Source: an uncultured Thermomicrobiales bacterium | Lineage (GTDB): Bacteria > Chloroflexota > Chloroflexia > Thermomicrobiales > CFX8 | Length of the DNA: 64,000 nt | Reading direction: 5' to 3' | Assembly: GCA_964462545.1 (NCBI GenBank) | Contig: CAYWXR010000008.1 | Coordinates: 57,814 to 121,813 of the forward strand | Shown: positions 1 to 8,785 of the stretch, piece after piece | Position numbering within the stretch: position 1 is the first letter of the stretch | Layout of the letters: every line of letters starts with the position of its first letter | The notes under the pieces: model-generated | Told to the model about the DNA's origin: nothing | What the model saw: only the letters and a program-made list of their open reading frames with translations | Databases searched by the model: none | Program-made: the position numbers and the translations under genes

Positions 1-391
1 CCGGATGCCACAGGGTGTAGCCCAGTTTTTCGGCATACAGCTTTCCTGCCGGCGCATACGTCACGTTCTGGGTATACGGCTCGGCAATGGGAACCTGGAG
101 AATGGCGAACTCGAACCACTGCACCCAGTGATCGCCGTGCTGCACTGCCGGTGTGATCGGCTTGCCGGTGCGCCCCACTCCACCGAGGTTATCCCACGCC
201 TCGAGAAATGCACCACCAAGTACCTGACCAGTCTGTTCGAAATAGACCTGGTCAGCATCCGGCGCGAAGAACTCATTCGCCGAAACTGGCTGTGGTACGA
301 AGGTGCTGGCGATGGTGGAGAGGAGAATGGCTGCTGCGATGAGGAAGTTCACACCACGACTCTTGCGGATCGACGCGACGGATCGTCCCAT
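1..391 (-). CDS. Secreted cell-envelope protein, N-terminal part only (runs off the window); Chloroflexota-type YFxxTG module, possibly an L,D-transpeptidase or similar
   Basis: Not in the ORF track. Manual translation from ATG at 391 (RBS GAGGAG upstream): MGRSVASIRKSRGVNFLIAAAILLSTIASTFVPQPVSA (signal peptide), then ...QVYFEQTGQVLGGAFLEAWDNLGGVGRTGKPITPAVQHGDHWVQWFEFAILQ. Confidence 0.7.
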   Translation of the reverse strand, partial: MGRSVASIRKSRGVNFLIAAAILLSTIASTFVPQPVSANEFFAPDADQVYFEQTGQVLGGAFLEAWDNLGGVGRTGKPITPAVQHGDHWVQWFEFAILQVPIAEPYTQNVTYAPAGKLYAEKLGYTLWHP

Positions 392-588
392 ACCAGGCTG
401 CTCCTCATAATGGTTGCCGGTGCGCCTCGCCGCTCGCCCCGGCCAACCGGTGTTTCCGTTACCCACGTTCAAAACGGCCGCACGTGACTGCCAGTCACAT
501 GGTAGCATCCCACGCGACTAGCGTTTATCCTACCTTGTTGCGTCTTGCAGACCAAAATCGTTCGCAGTACATGGGAGTCCTCAATCAG

Positions 589-1983
589 ATGCTGGTAATG
601 AAATTCGGCGGCACATCAGTTGGTAACGCGACCGCGATCAGCCAGACAGTTGACATCGTGGCGAAACAGGCAGCAAGTGGCCCGATTGTAGTCATTGTCT
701 CGGCCATGAGCGGCATTACCAACACCCTGCTGGCGACTGCTGCCGAAGCCGAAGCCGGCAACTCCGAGGCAGTCGAAACATCGCGAGCCACGTTGCTCGC
801 TCCACATCGCTCCGCCCTGCTCGAGCTGCTGCCTTCGGGACAGCGACGCCGGGCCACTGAAGCCACTCTTGCCACGCTGGTAGACGAAGCCGCCCGCCTG
901 CTCTACAGCATCTATGTGCTGCGGGAACTCTCTCCCCGGGCGAAGGATCGGCTGGTCTCCTTTGGTGAACGCATGAGCAGCGTTGTCGTTGCCGCGGCAC
1001 TGGAAGAACGGGGTACGCCGGCCCAGGCTGTCCCGGCAGACCAGTTGATCGTCACCGACAGCAAGTTCGGCTCAGCCGCACCGATCTTTGACAAGACCCG
1101 GTCAATGGCCCGCACGACGCTTCAGCCACTCATTGATACCGGAATCACCCCGATTGTCACCGGGTTTTTCGGGGCCGACGAGGCAGGTCTCACCACAACC
1201 CTCGGAAGAGGCGGCTCGGACTTTTCGGCGTCGATTCTCGGCAACGTGCTCGATGCCGAAGCGGTGTGGATCTGGACCGACGTGGATGGCGTTCTGACTG
1301 CCGACCCACGCATTGTCCCGGCAGCCCGGACTCTGGATGTCATCTCCTATGACGAGGCGACCGAACTCGCCTACTTTGGGGCCAAGGTGATCCATCCGAA
1401 GACGATGCACCCGGCTGCCGAGGCCGGCATCCCGATCTGGATCAAGAACACCTTCCGGCCCGATCAGCCGGGCACGAAGATTGACACCGAGAGCGCTCCG
1501 CTGCCGGTAGCCAAGGCCATTGCTTCAATCTCCGGGATGAGTGCCATCACCGTGCAGGGGCGCGGTCAGATCGGTGTCTCCGATGTCACAGCCCGCATTT
1601 TCAGCAGCGTTGGCAGAACCGGGGCGAATGTCTTCATGATCTCCCAGGCGTCCTCCCAACACAGCGTGACCTTCATCGTGCAGGACACCGATGCATCCGC
1701 CGTAATGTCTGCCCTCAACGAGGAGTTTGCAAACGACTTGCAGAGCGAGCGGGTGCTTTCCGTTACGCTCAACGATGACCTTGCGATTGTAGCAGTCGTC
1801 GGCGCAGGAATGCGCGGGACTCCCGGCGTGGCAGGGCGGGTCTTCAGCACCATGGGCGCAAACGACATCAACATTGTCACCATCGCCCAGGGATCGAGCG
1901 AACTCAACATTTCGTTCGTCATCGCCCAGGCTGATGTTGCCCGAGCCGTCAACGCACTCCACACCGCGTTTGCCATCGCCTGA
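589..1983 (+). CDS. lysC: Aspartate kinase (monofunctional, two C-terminal ACT domains)
   Basis: MLVMKFGGTSVG, VIVSAMSGITN, SFGERMS, TTLGRGGSDFSA, IWTDVDGVLTADPR, ELAYFGAKVIHP; ACT motif VGAGMRGTPGVAGRVF. Confidence 0.93.
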   Translation: MLVMKFGGTSVGNATAISQTVDIVAKQAASGPIVVIVSAMSGITNTLLATAAEAEAGNSEAVETSRATLLAPHRSALLELLPSGQRRRATEATLATLVDEAARLLYSIYVLRELSPRAKDRLVSFGERMSSVVVAAALEERGTPAQAVPADQLIVTDSKFGSAAPIFDKTRSMARTTLQPLIDTGITPIVTGFFGADEAGLTTTLGRGGSDFSASILGNVLDAEAVWIWTDVDGVLTADPRIVPAARTLDVISYDEATELAYFGAKVIHPKTMHPAAEAGIPIWIKNTFRPDQPGTKIDTESAPLPVAKAIASISGMSAITVQGRGQIGVSDVTARIFSSVGRTGANVFMISQASSQHSVTFIVQDTDASAVMSALNEEFANDLQSERVLSVTLNDDLAIVAVVGAGMRGTPGVAGRVFSTMGANDINIVTIAQGSSELNISFVIAQADVARAVNALHTAFAIA

Positions 1984-2007
1984 TCCGGTATCTCGCGGTA
2001 ACCAAAG

Positions 2008-2048
2008 ACACCCCTGACGAAGATGAATGGTCGTCAGGGGTGTTTCTT
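2008..2048. terminator. Probable bidirectional intrinsic terminator
   Basis: ACACCCCTGACGA...TCGTCAGGGGTGT hairpin followed by TTCTT, between convergent genes. Confidence 0.7.
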
Positions 2049-2067
2049 CTCCAGGTTGGATCCGGAA

Positions 2068-2778
2068 TTAGCCCTGATCGGGGGCCGGAGTATCGTCGCG
2101 CCGGCGATTAGGCCGGTTGAGTTGGGGCACCTGGCGTGACGACTCGCGGTTGCGGCCACGCGTACGTGGTACATCCGCCTCGCCGGAGACGAGTTTGACC
2201 GATTGCTTGCGCCGGCGTCCGACCGGCTCGGCACCGCCAGGACGGTCTTCGACCAGCACATCCTCGGCGACCACTTCGTCCTCCGGTTCATCCGTTCCGG
2301 ATTCCAGCACCGGAAGATCGCTGGTGTCTGAACTCACCAATTCCTGGTGATTGTGTTCTTCCAGCGGTTCCGGCTCCGTTTCTGGTTCTGGTTCGGGAAC
2401 AGGCCCCACCAGGGCTGCCTCTACTGATGAAAGGTCTTCTGTCGTCTGGGGAACCAGTGAATCGTACTGGGCGGGGACGAGAGTGGGTTCCGGTTGTGGC
2501 AGCGGTGCCGGGTCAATATCAACGGGCGGCTGAATGGACTCGCCATGCTCCGGAATGGATTCCTCGCCGGAACTGCCGGTGGCAAAGATGATGGTATCCG
2601 CTTCCTCGTCAAACTCCTCCGGAATATGGGGGGAGAGTTCCAGCGGACGGGACTCTTCCCGGCGCACCACCTGTTCCGGACGCATGCGGATAAAGACCAA
2701 TGCCCAGGCAGCACTGACCAACACAGCAGTCGGCAGGACAATGAATACAAGGATGAACAGAATATCGCCGGAGGACAT
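2068..2778 (-). CDS. Hypothetical protein: single N-terminal TM anchor, long acidic/Pro-rich disordered region, basic C-terminal tail
   Basis: Hydrophobic N-terminal segment, E/P/D-rich middle, R-rich end; GAGAGAAGG upstream of the start. Confidence 0.65.
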   Translation of the reverse strand: MSSGDILFILVFIVLPTAVLVSAAWALVFIRMRPEQVVRREESRPLELSPHIPEEFDEEADTIIFATGSSGEESIPEHGESIQPPVDIDPAPLPQPEPTLVPAQYDSLVPQTTEDLSSVEAALVGPVPEPEPETEPEPLEEHNHQELVSSDTSDLPVLESGTDEPEDEVVAEDVLVEDRPGGAEPVGRRRKQSVKLVSGEADVPRTRGRNRESSRQVPQLNRPNRRRDDTPAPDQG

Positions 2779-2918
2779 TGACCTTCTCTCACATTTCGTA
2801 GCCGTCCACCACGGCTACCAGTGCCGGTTGCTCCTTTGAATCAGGACACCGGCTATGGATAATGATAGCCGTTGATCGACCTGACGTCTGAAGACCTGTC
2901 ATCGAAGGGGCGCTGAAG

Positions 2919-3320
2919 ATGTCCGGAGCTGCATGGATTCACGAACGATGGGACGGCCCGGCAAGGCTCTGGTGGTCGCTCCTGATCGGTTGCATTCTGG
3001 TCATCCTCTCGGCGTTCCTCGCATGGATTGCCGGAAGGCTCTTCGGACAACCCGTTCGTGAACTGCTCACTATTCTGCTGCTGGCCGAGTTGCTGGTACT
3101 TTGTATGATGGGTTCCGGTCTGCTGGTGGCGACATCCCGCCGGATGAGCCGTGGTGGTCTCCAACGGGAAACGGCCACTATCGATACTGACCATCTGCCC
3201 CCGGAAACCCGTGAGGCAGAGCGCCGGCGAGACCAGGAACGACGCGACCGTCAGACACTCCGTGCCGCATGCCTGGCGCTTCCCGTCCTGCTTGCCTTCG
3301 TCTTTTTGCTGGTTTTCTAG
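2919..3320 (+). CDS. Hypothetical membrane protein (about 3 TM)
   Basis: Three hydrophobic segments with a charged helix before the last one. Confidence 0.6.
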   Translation: MSGAAWIHERWDGPARLWWSLLIGCILVILSAFLAWIAGRLFGQPVRELLTILLLAELLVLCMMGSGLLVATSRRMSRGGLQRETATIDTDHLPPETREAERRRDQERRDRQTLRAACLALPVLLAFVFLLVF

Positions 3321-3349
3321 CGGCTCCGGCCAAACAGAAACGGAACCGG

Positions 3350-3526
3350 ATGATTCTCTGGGTTATCGGATTCATCGTTGCCGCAGTGCTGCTTTCACTG
3401 CTGGTCGAGTTTACGCTTGAGCGATTCAATATCCGCCCGGTTGATGAATCCGCCCGATCCGGCGGTGCTCGCGATGTCCTCGCCAAATTGCGCGAATGGT
3501 CCGGGAACCGGAAGACCGGTGCATAG
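3350..3526 (+). CDS. Small single-TM hypothetical protein
   Basis: MILWVIGFIVAAVLLSLLVEF... followed by a soluble tail, 58 aa. Confidence 0.5.
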   Translation: MILWVIGFIVAAVLLSLLVEFTLERFNIRPVDESARSGGARDVLAKLREWSGNRKTGA

Positions 3527-3552
3527 CGTCGGAACGACGGTTTGGCTCACCT

Positions 3553-5361
3553 CTATCCACGCAGTTCGCGCACATTATCGGAAATGATCAGCACAGCGAG
3601 TGCAATTGCACAACCGGCAAGAACAAACCAGAAGAACTCATAAACCAGCACTACGGATGCGATAATCGCCAGCGTAACCGTGATATTCAGCAGCAGACGT
3701 TCAAGACGTCGATAGAGCACTGCCTCGATCAGCAGGAACAGGGCAAAGATCAGGGCGAGCACCGTAAACCGGTTCGCCAGGTTGGTCAACGCCAGCACAA
3801 CAAACGCCAGCAACACCACGCCGGTACTCAGCGCCGCCCATCCCTCAGCCAGCCTGCCCAGCAACACCACCCGCTGGCTCTGCGGGCGGTGGATGCGTTC
3901 GATATGGCTCTGTGGATCACCAACAAACCGGTTTTCACGAATCTGCTCGAGGTAGCCTTCACTGGCGGCGATCCGCTCCCGCAATTCAGCCCGGCGGCGA
4001 TAGAGTGCGTTCAGGTCCCGCTCCCCTGCTCGCAGCAACGCTTCCTGCTGCCGCATCAACGGCTGATTATGTTTACTGAGACGTAGCGCCTGCACTTCCA
4101 GATCCAGCCGCGGCAGCGACAGGGACAACCGTTCGCAACTCTCCTGAACATCGGCCAGTTCCTGCCGCAATGCCTCGATGTGTTCCTCGAGCAACTGGCT
4201 TGCCTTTGGACCGGGTGCAACCTTGTGCATACCGGCCCAGCCGAGGGGATCGTGCCAGCTTCGCCGGGTGCTGCCATCGCGGTTGAACTTTGGCCCGCCG
4301 GGAGCCGTCTCGCCGGCAAGCGGATCACGGGAGTCAAAGCCCCACAGCCCCTGATACCTGGATACCCAGGGAGTGGATTCGTCGATCAACTCCGGCGTCC
4401 ACTCCGCATCACCACCGGGGCCAATCGTCAGCCCGTCTCCACGCGCATAGTCAACAAACGGGACACTCAGCAGCCCCTCAATGCGATCAACCAGCACATC
4501 CGGATCGCCCTGCCGCAACACGTTCCGCCAGAGCCGCTCCAGCGTGTAAAGCACAGTTGTCACCGGTGAAAGGAAGGCCAGCTTGACGGAGTGCAGATAC
4601 TCGCCCTGCTCGAAATAGGCAGCGTGCGATCCTGCGCCGGCAAAAACCACCGGGTGGTCGTCGATGATCGTCAGTGTGGGGTCATCCCAACGCCGGCGCA
4701 GGTCATCGCCCGAGAAATCGTGCGAGGCAAACGCAAGCCACTCCGGAACAGGCTCTCCATCCGGTTGTTCCGAGAGGTAAATGATCACCTGTTCCCAGTC
4801 TGCCTCATGGTCATTTACCCCGTAGAACGATGTCCGCCAGTCGTTCATCACGTAGAAATAGAAATACTGGAGGACAATGTAACCGCCCTCACGCACCACC
4901 CGGCCGTAGTAGGTGTAGCCAGGATAGGAACGCCGCATCTGTTCGTATTTGATGGCAGCAGCACCGGCAGTACCGCCGGGGACAGTTCCGCGAAGGATCA
5001 GGGAGAGCGAAAACAGCGCATCGATCAGGCGGGAAGTCAGGCCAACCCGCGCCAGACGGCCAGGAGCCTGAAAACGTGGGCGGTCTTCCCGGTGCCGCCA
5101 ACGCTGGTAGGCCACCCCTTCCAGCGGTTTCTCAACAAAGTGCAGAAACATCGTGTGACCGGGTTCGATCTTGTCGAACTCCGCCAGACGCTCCAGCGAC
5201 AACTCGCCGATCTTTGCCAGTTGGGTCAGGGAATCTCCTGGACCGCGTAGCCAAAGGCTGCTTCGCCGGACGTACGGCTCCACCCGGGTTGGGAAGAAAA
5301 GCTCACCAAAGGTGTAGCGCAGGATCGGCTCGTAACGACGAAGCAGTTCAAGATCATTCAT
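3553..5361 (-). CDS. Hypothetical protein: Vps62/NPP1-like N-terminal domain, coiled coil, C-terminal TM helices
   Basis: LLRRYEPILRY...ELFFP; LQYFYFY..ND; HEADWEQVIIYL; HPVVFAGAGSHAAYF; YQGLWG...APGGP; heptad region; about 4 TM at the C-terminus. Confidence 0.65.
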   Translation of the reverse strand: MNDLELLRRYEPILRYTFGELFFPTRVEPYVRRSSLWLRGPGDSLTQLAKIGELSLERLAEFDKIEPGHTMFLHFVEKPLEGVAYQRWRHREDRPRFQAPGRLARVGLTSRLIDALFSLSLILRGTVPGGTAGAAAIKYEQMRRSYPGYTYYGRVVREGGYIVLQYFYFYVMNDWRTSFYGVNDHEADWEQVIIYLSEQPDGEPVPEWLAFASHDFSGDDLRRRWDDPTLTIIDDHPVVFAGAGSHAAYFEQGEYLHSVKLAFLSPVTTVLYTLERLWRNVLRQGDPDVLVDRIEGLLSVPFVDYARGDGLTIGPGGDAEWTPELIDESTPWVSRYQGLWGFDSRDPLAGETAPGGPKFNRDGSTRRSWHDPLGWAGMHKVAPGPKASQLLEEHIEALRQELADVQESCERLSLSLPRLDLEVQALRLSKHNQPLMRQQEALLRAGERDLNALYRRRAELRERIAASEGYLEQIRENRFVGDPQSHIERIHRPQSQRVVLLGRLAEGWAALSTGVVLLAFVVLALTNLANRFTVLALIFALFLLIEAVLYRRLERLLLNITVTLAIIASVVLVYEFFWFVLAGCAIALAVLIISDNVRELRG

Positions 5362-5773
5362 CGCGCAACGGCCCCTTCGACAATGGGACCATAAACGCCG
5401 CCCGAACTTCCCGCTGGTTGAGGTAGTAAACGACCACCACGCTGTAGAGCATCGTCAGGTAGGCCGGCTCGCCTTCCCAGTAGGTCCAGAGCGATGTCGC
5501 CAGGTTCAACCCCGCCCAGAGCATCGTCAGCACCCACGCCTGCCGTTTCAGGGTGAACATGCCGTAGGAAATAAACAGACCAACCGCCGCCAGCGCCGGC
5601 CCGGCCACCTCGTAATAACCGATCGACCCGAGAAAGACGTTGTAATCAAACCGTCCGGTAACGGTGAACACACCCCAGACGACTGCGCTGAGAATCTGGA
5701 TGGTTGCAATCGCCGTCACGCCAAATGGACGGCGCCGCCGGGATAACTCGCTGTGGAATGTGTCTGTGGCCAT
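5354..5773 (-). CDS. 4-TM membrane protein, translationally coupled to the downstream gene
   Basis: RRPFGVTAIA...YYLNQREVRAAF pattern; its stop overlaps the start of 3553..5361. Confidence 0.65.
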   Translation of the reverse strand: MATDTFHSELSRRRRPFGVTAIATIQILSAVVWGVFTVTGRFDYNVFLGSIGYYEVAGPALAAVGLFISYGMFTLKRQAWVLTMLWAGLNLATSLWTYWEGEPAYLTMLYSVVVVYYLNQREVRAAFMVPLSKGPLRDE

Positions 5774-5972
5774 GCTGGACCCGTTCTGCAAGCGGCTGCA
5801 CACCATTTCCGGGTACCTCGCAGGCTATGATACACGCGCCGATGTACGGCTATTTCCGAACTGGCGCACGATCAAGCGCCGGCACTGCCGTTGAACAGCC
5901 GGCCAGGGTGTTGTTGCCGCCCGCAGCCAGCTGGTCAGGATGTCGAACCCGTCAATTGAAAGGACCCGCGCG

Positions 5973-6854
5973 ATGACACGCCCGGAAGATGTTGGAGCAC
6001 CAAGCAACTGGGGTCGCTGGGGTGACGACGATGAGCAAGGCACCACAAACCTGCTAACCGGCGAGATGGTGCGCCATGCAGCAGGACTGGTCACCAGCGG
6101 TAAGGTCTACTCACTGGCAGCCGGTCTTTCGCCGGATGGCCCAAACATGCCAACCCGCCGGCAGACCTGGCATGTTGTGACCCACCGACCCCGTGCTTCA
6201 GGCGAGGCGCACTCGGCCGACGATATTCTGGTGATGCATACCCACGGCACAACCCACATCGACGGGCTGGCCCACTTCTTCGTCGGAGATTCACTCTACA
6301 ACGGTCATCCGGTCAGCGCACTCCAGCCGATGGGTGCCCAACGATGCGGAATGCAACATAGTGGGCCGATTGTCGGTCGTGGTGTGATGCTCGATGTCGC
6401 CGCCCACCGGGGCGTCGACATGCTTCCAGGAGGCGAACCAATCTCACCTGATGAACTGGAAGCCACTGCTGCTGCGCAGGGTGTTGAACTGCGGAAGGGC
6501 GATATTGTCCTCGTCCGCACCGGCTGGTGGCAATTGTTCGACGGGGAACAGAAGGATCGCCAGCGATTCTATGATTCCGAACCCGGCCCGGATCCATCCT
6601 GCAGCAGTTGGTTCCACGACCACGATTTCGTCGCGATCGGCGCGGATAACACCGCGGTCGAGGTACTCCGCGACTGGAGTCAGCCGCTCTACCTGCATCG
6701 TGACATTATCTGGGGACTTGGCGGCTACCTGATGGAGTTCGTCGACCTGGAAGCCTTGAGCCGTGACAAGGTCTACGAGTTTCTCTTCGTTGCGACCCCG
6801 CTCAAGATTGAAGGTGGTATTGGCAGCCCGATACACCCGCTGGCCATCGTTTAG
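5973..6854 (+). CDS. Cyclase family metal-dependent hydrolase (kynurenine formamidase-like)
   Basis: NWGRWGDDDEQGTTNLLT, HTHGTTHIDGLAH, GRGVMLDV, GDIVLVRTGW, GADNTAVE, PLKIEGGIGSPIHPLAI; alternative start at 5940. Confidence 0.9.
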   Translation: MTRPEDVGAPSNWGRWGDDDEQGTTNLLTGEMVRHAAGLVTSGKVYSLAAGLSPDGPNMPTRRQTWHVVTHRPRASGEAHSADDILVMHTHGTTHIDGLAHFFVGDSLYNGHPVSALQPMGAQRCGMQHSGPIVGRGVMLDVAAHRGVDMLPGGEPISPDELEATAAAQGVELRKGDIVLVRTGWWQLFDGEQKDRQRFYDSEPGPDPSCSSWFHDHDFVAIGADNTAVEVLRDWSQPLYLHRDIIWGLGGYLMEFVDLEALSRDKVYEFLFVATPLKIEGGIGSPIHPLAIV

Positions 6855-7014
6855 GCGCTGGATCAATGTAAATCAGGGTATATACCCATTTTCGTGGATG
6901 GGTTCTGCGTTCCCGGTAGTCTGAATATACAAGCTTTGCCAAACATGCAGAAGCGTGATTGGGGGAGCCTCGCTAACGGGGTGCCGCGACACCGCACGAA
7001 AATTGGGGGAACGA

Positions 7015-7167
7015 ATGCCATTACTGCTTGTACTGATTATCATCCTGCTGCTCTTCGGTGGCGGCATTGCCTGGGCCGTTGAAGGTATCCTGCGCATCAT
7101 CCTGCTCGTCATCCTGGCCGTCCTCATCGTCGGCCTCATCACCCGCATGGGCCGCGCCGCCGCCTAG
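7015..7167 (+). CDS. Small hydrophobic 2-TM protein
   Basis: MPLLLVLIIILLLFGGGIAWAVEGILRIILLVILAVLIVGLITRMGRAAA; RBS GGGGGA; followed by a terminator. Confidence 0.6.
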   Translation: MPLLLVLIIILLLFGGGIAWAVEGILRIILLVILAVLIVGLITRMGRAAA

Positions 7168-7188
7168 CCAGACCTTCTGGGCAACCAG

Positions 7189-7230
7189 ACAGCCCCTGGC
7201 GTCCACTACTGGACGCCGGGGGCTGTTTTC
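7189..7230. terminator. Intrinsic terminator
   Basis: CAGCCCCTGGCGTCCA-CTAC-TGGACGCCGGGGGCTG followed by TTTT, between convergent genes. Confidence 0.75.
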
Positions 7231-7232
7231 GT

Positions 7233-7418
7233 TCAGGCTGTCCTGTCTGCCAGGCTGCCAAAGATGATTGCCAGGCCGAGGCCGATCATGACGAGCGGGC
7301 CGATGACGAACGGGTGGACCGAAAGGACATCGGCAGCGTCGAGAAGGAACATGGTGCCGAGCGCCATGAAGAGCAGGCCGGCGACGAGTGTTGTGACGTT
7401 GATGTTTGCGGTATTCAC
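7233..7418 (-). CDS. Small 2-TM protein of the PspC/Lia operon
   Basis: LVAGLLFMALG...GPLVMIGLGLAII; GTGA overlap with the upstream liaF-like gene. Confidence 0.7.
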   Translation of the reverse strand: MNTANINVTTLVAGLLFMALGTMFLLDAADVLSVHPFVIGPLVMIGLGLAIIFGSLADRTA

Positions 7419-8059
7419 TGGCGCACCTCGATCGTTCCGGTGGTCACTACCAGATCAAGTTTCAAACTGCCGCGCGTACCATCTCCGGAACGGACGGCGT
7501 TCGACCCCTCGATGAAAATTCCCGAGCGTTCAGTACCGAAGACTTTCGCCTCTCCGGCCGTAATCCGCCAGTCAATCTCAACTTCCATATCCCGTGGGAC
7601 ATAGACGATCAACTCGCCGGCGTTAACCCGGGCCTGAACGGAGGTATCAGTCGCTGGCCAATCGATCCGGGTCAGGTCCAGTGTCAGGGTTCCGGCAACC
7701 TGGTTGTACTCCGGTTCCAGGGTTTCGTAACTGAGCGGGGTGATTTCACGATCGCCAAATCCGCCCTCGAGCGAGATATCAGCCCAAGCCACAGCGGTAA
7801 GCACCACGGTCAGCACAATCCCCAACCCGATCAGGCCACCATACTCACCACTGAACGACCCGACCACCATCCCCAGCCCGACCATCACAAGCGTGATGGC
7901 AAGCACTGCATACCAGGACACAGACAGGATGCCGGTTGCGTCCAGCAACCAGACAACACCAATCACCAGCAAGGTCAACCCGGTGAGTATCGTCGCCGGA
8001 GAAGTGCCTCGTGGCCGTTGGTGTTCAACGGTATAGACCTCGGATGTGGAAGCGTTCAT
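7415..8059 (-). CDS. LiaF-like (DUF2154/toastrack) cell-envelope stress protein
   Basis: 3 TM, then a beta-solenoid-like domain AGTLTLDLT...NAGELIVYVP...GTIEV; ATGA overlap with pspC. Confidence 0.8.
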   Translation of the reverse strand: MNASTSEVYTVEHQRPRGTSPATILTGLTLLVIGVVWLLDATGILSVSWYAVLAITLVMVGLGMVVGSFSGEYGGLIGLGIVLTVVLTAVAWADISLEGGFGDREITPLSYETLEPEYNQVAGTLTLDLTRIDWPATDTSVQARVNAGELIVYVPRDMEVEIDWRITAGEAKVFGTERSGIFIEGSNAVRSGDGTRGSLKLDLVVTTGTIEVRQ

Positions 8060-8478
8060 CGCCGCGCTCCCTTCACCAGAATGTATGCACCCAGCCCGAC
8101 AAGCAGTATCGCCCAGACCATTTCACCGTCGAACCAGGGCACAAGCCGTCGCAGCAGGATGATGGTTCCGACCATTACCAGTGCACCGCCAAAAAACAGG
8201 CCCCCAAGTGCCTTCTGCGACCGGACGGGCATGGCCACATCTTCTTCCGGAGTTGCTTCCGGCATCACGATCCACAGCACGATATAGAGCAGCACTCCCG
8301 CCCCGCCGGCAAGCACCATTAGCACAAACGCAATGCGAACCAGTACCGGGTCCAGTTCGAAATAGTGGCCCAACCCGCCGGCAACTCCACCAATCACCTG
8401 GTCCTTCCTGCTCCGCCGCAACTTGCGAGGCGCCTCAGCCGTTCCAGTCGACTGGTCGGGATGGAATGTTTCATTCAT
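8056..8478 (-). CDS. pspC: PspC domain protein
   Basis: KLRRSRKDQVIGGVAGGLGHYFELDPVLVRIAFV...LLYIVLWIVMPE. Confidence 0.9.
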   Translation of the reverse strand: MNETFHPDQSTGTAEAPRKLRRSRKDQVIGGVAGGLGHYFELDPVLVRIAFVLMVLAGGAGVLLYIVLWIVMPEATPEEDVAMPVRSQKALGGLFFGGALVMVGTIILLRRLVPWFDGEMVWAILLVGLGAYILVKGARR

Positions 8479-8615
8479 GGCACAGTCCAATCTCTGCTGA
8501 AATTCCCTCACCCTCAGCATGTCGCACATGCCATAACAAACGCGACAACCCGAACACCCGGCTCGTTACAAAAACGCAACTACCCGGGTGCTCTGCAAGC
8601 GTTGGCGGATATCAG

Positions 8616-8683
8616 ATGAAAGAGATCTGGCGGGAATTTGAGAGGAGACCTGTCATCCCGGGCGCAGTCGAGGGATCTCTTCA
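8616..8683. repeat. Short palindromic (REP-like) element
   Basis: TGTCATCCCGGGCGCAGTCGAGGGATCT core, whose 3' end GATCTCTTCA can also pair with upstream TGAA-AGAGATC. Confidence 0.45.
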
Positions 8684-8785
8684 CCGCCGGAGTGATGGCC
8701 AGTCACGTACGCTGCCAAGCAACGTCGCTACCCCAACCATACGCCACGGAGCCGAAACCCCTCAACCCGGGACGCCGAGCGACTG

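Noticed and set aside
5-487. 160-aa plus-strand ORF
   Set aside because: Antisense shadow of the minus-strand secreted protein, which has an RBS, a signal peptide and a recognisable module
392-588. Lysine riboswitch upstream of lysC
   Set aside because: The gap is a short divergent promoter region with no AGAGGUGC-type L-box core
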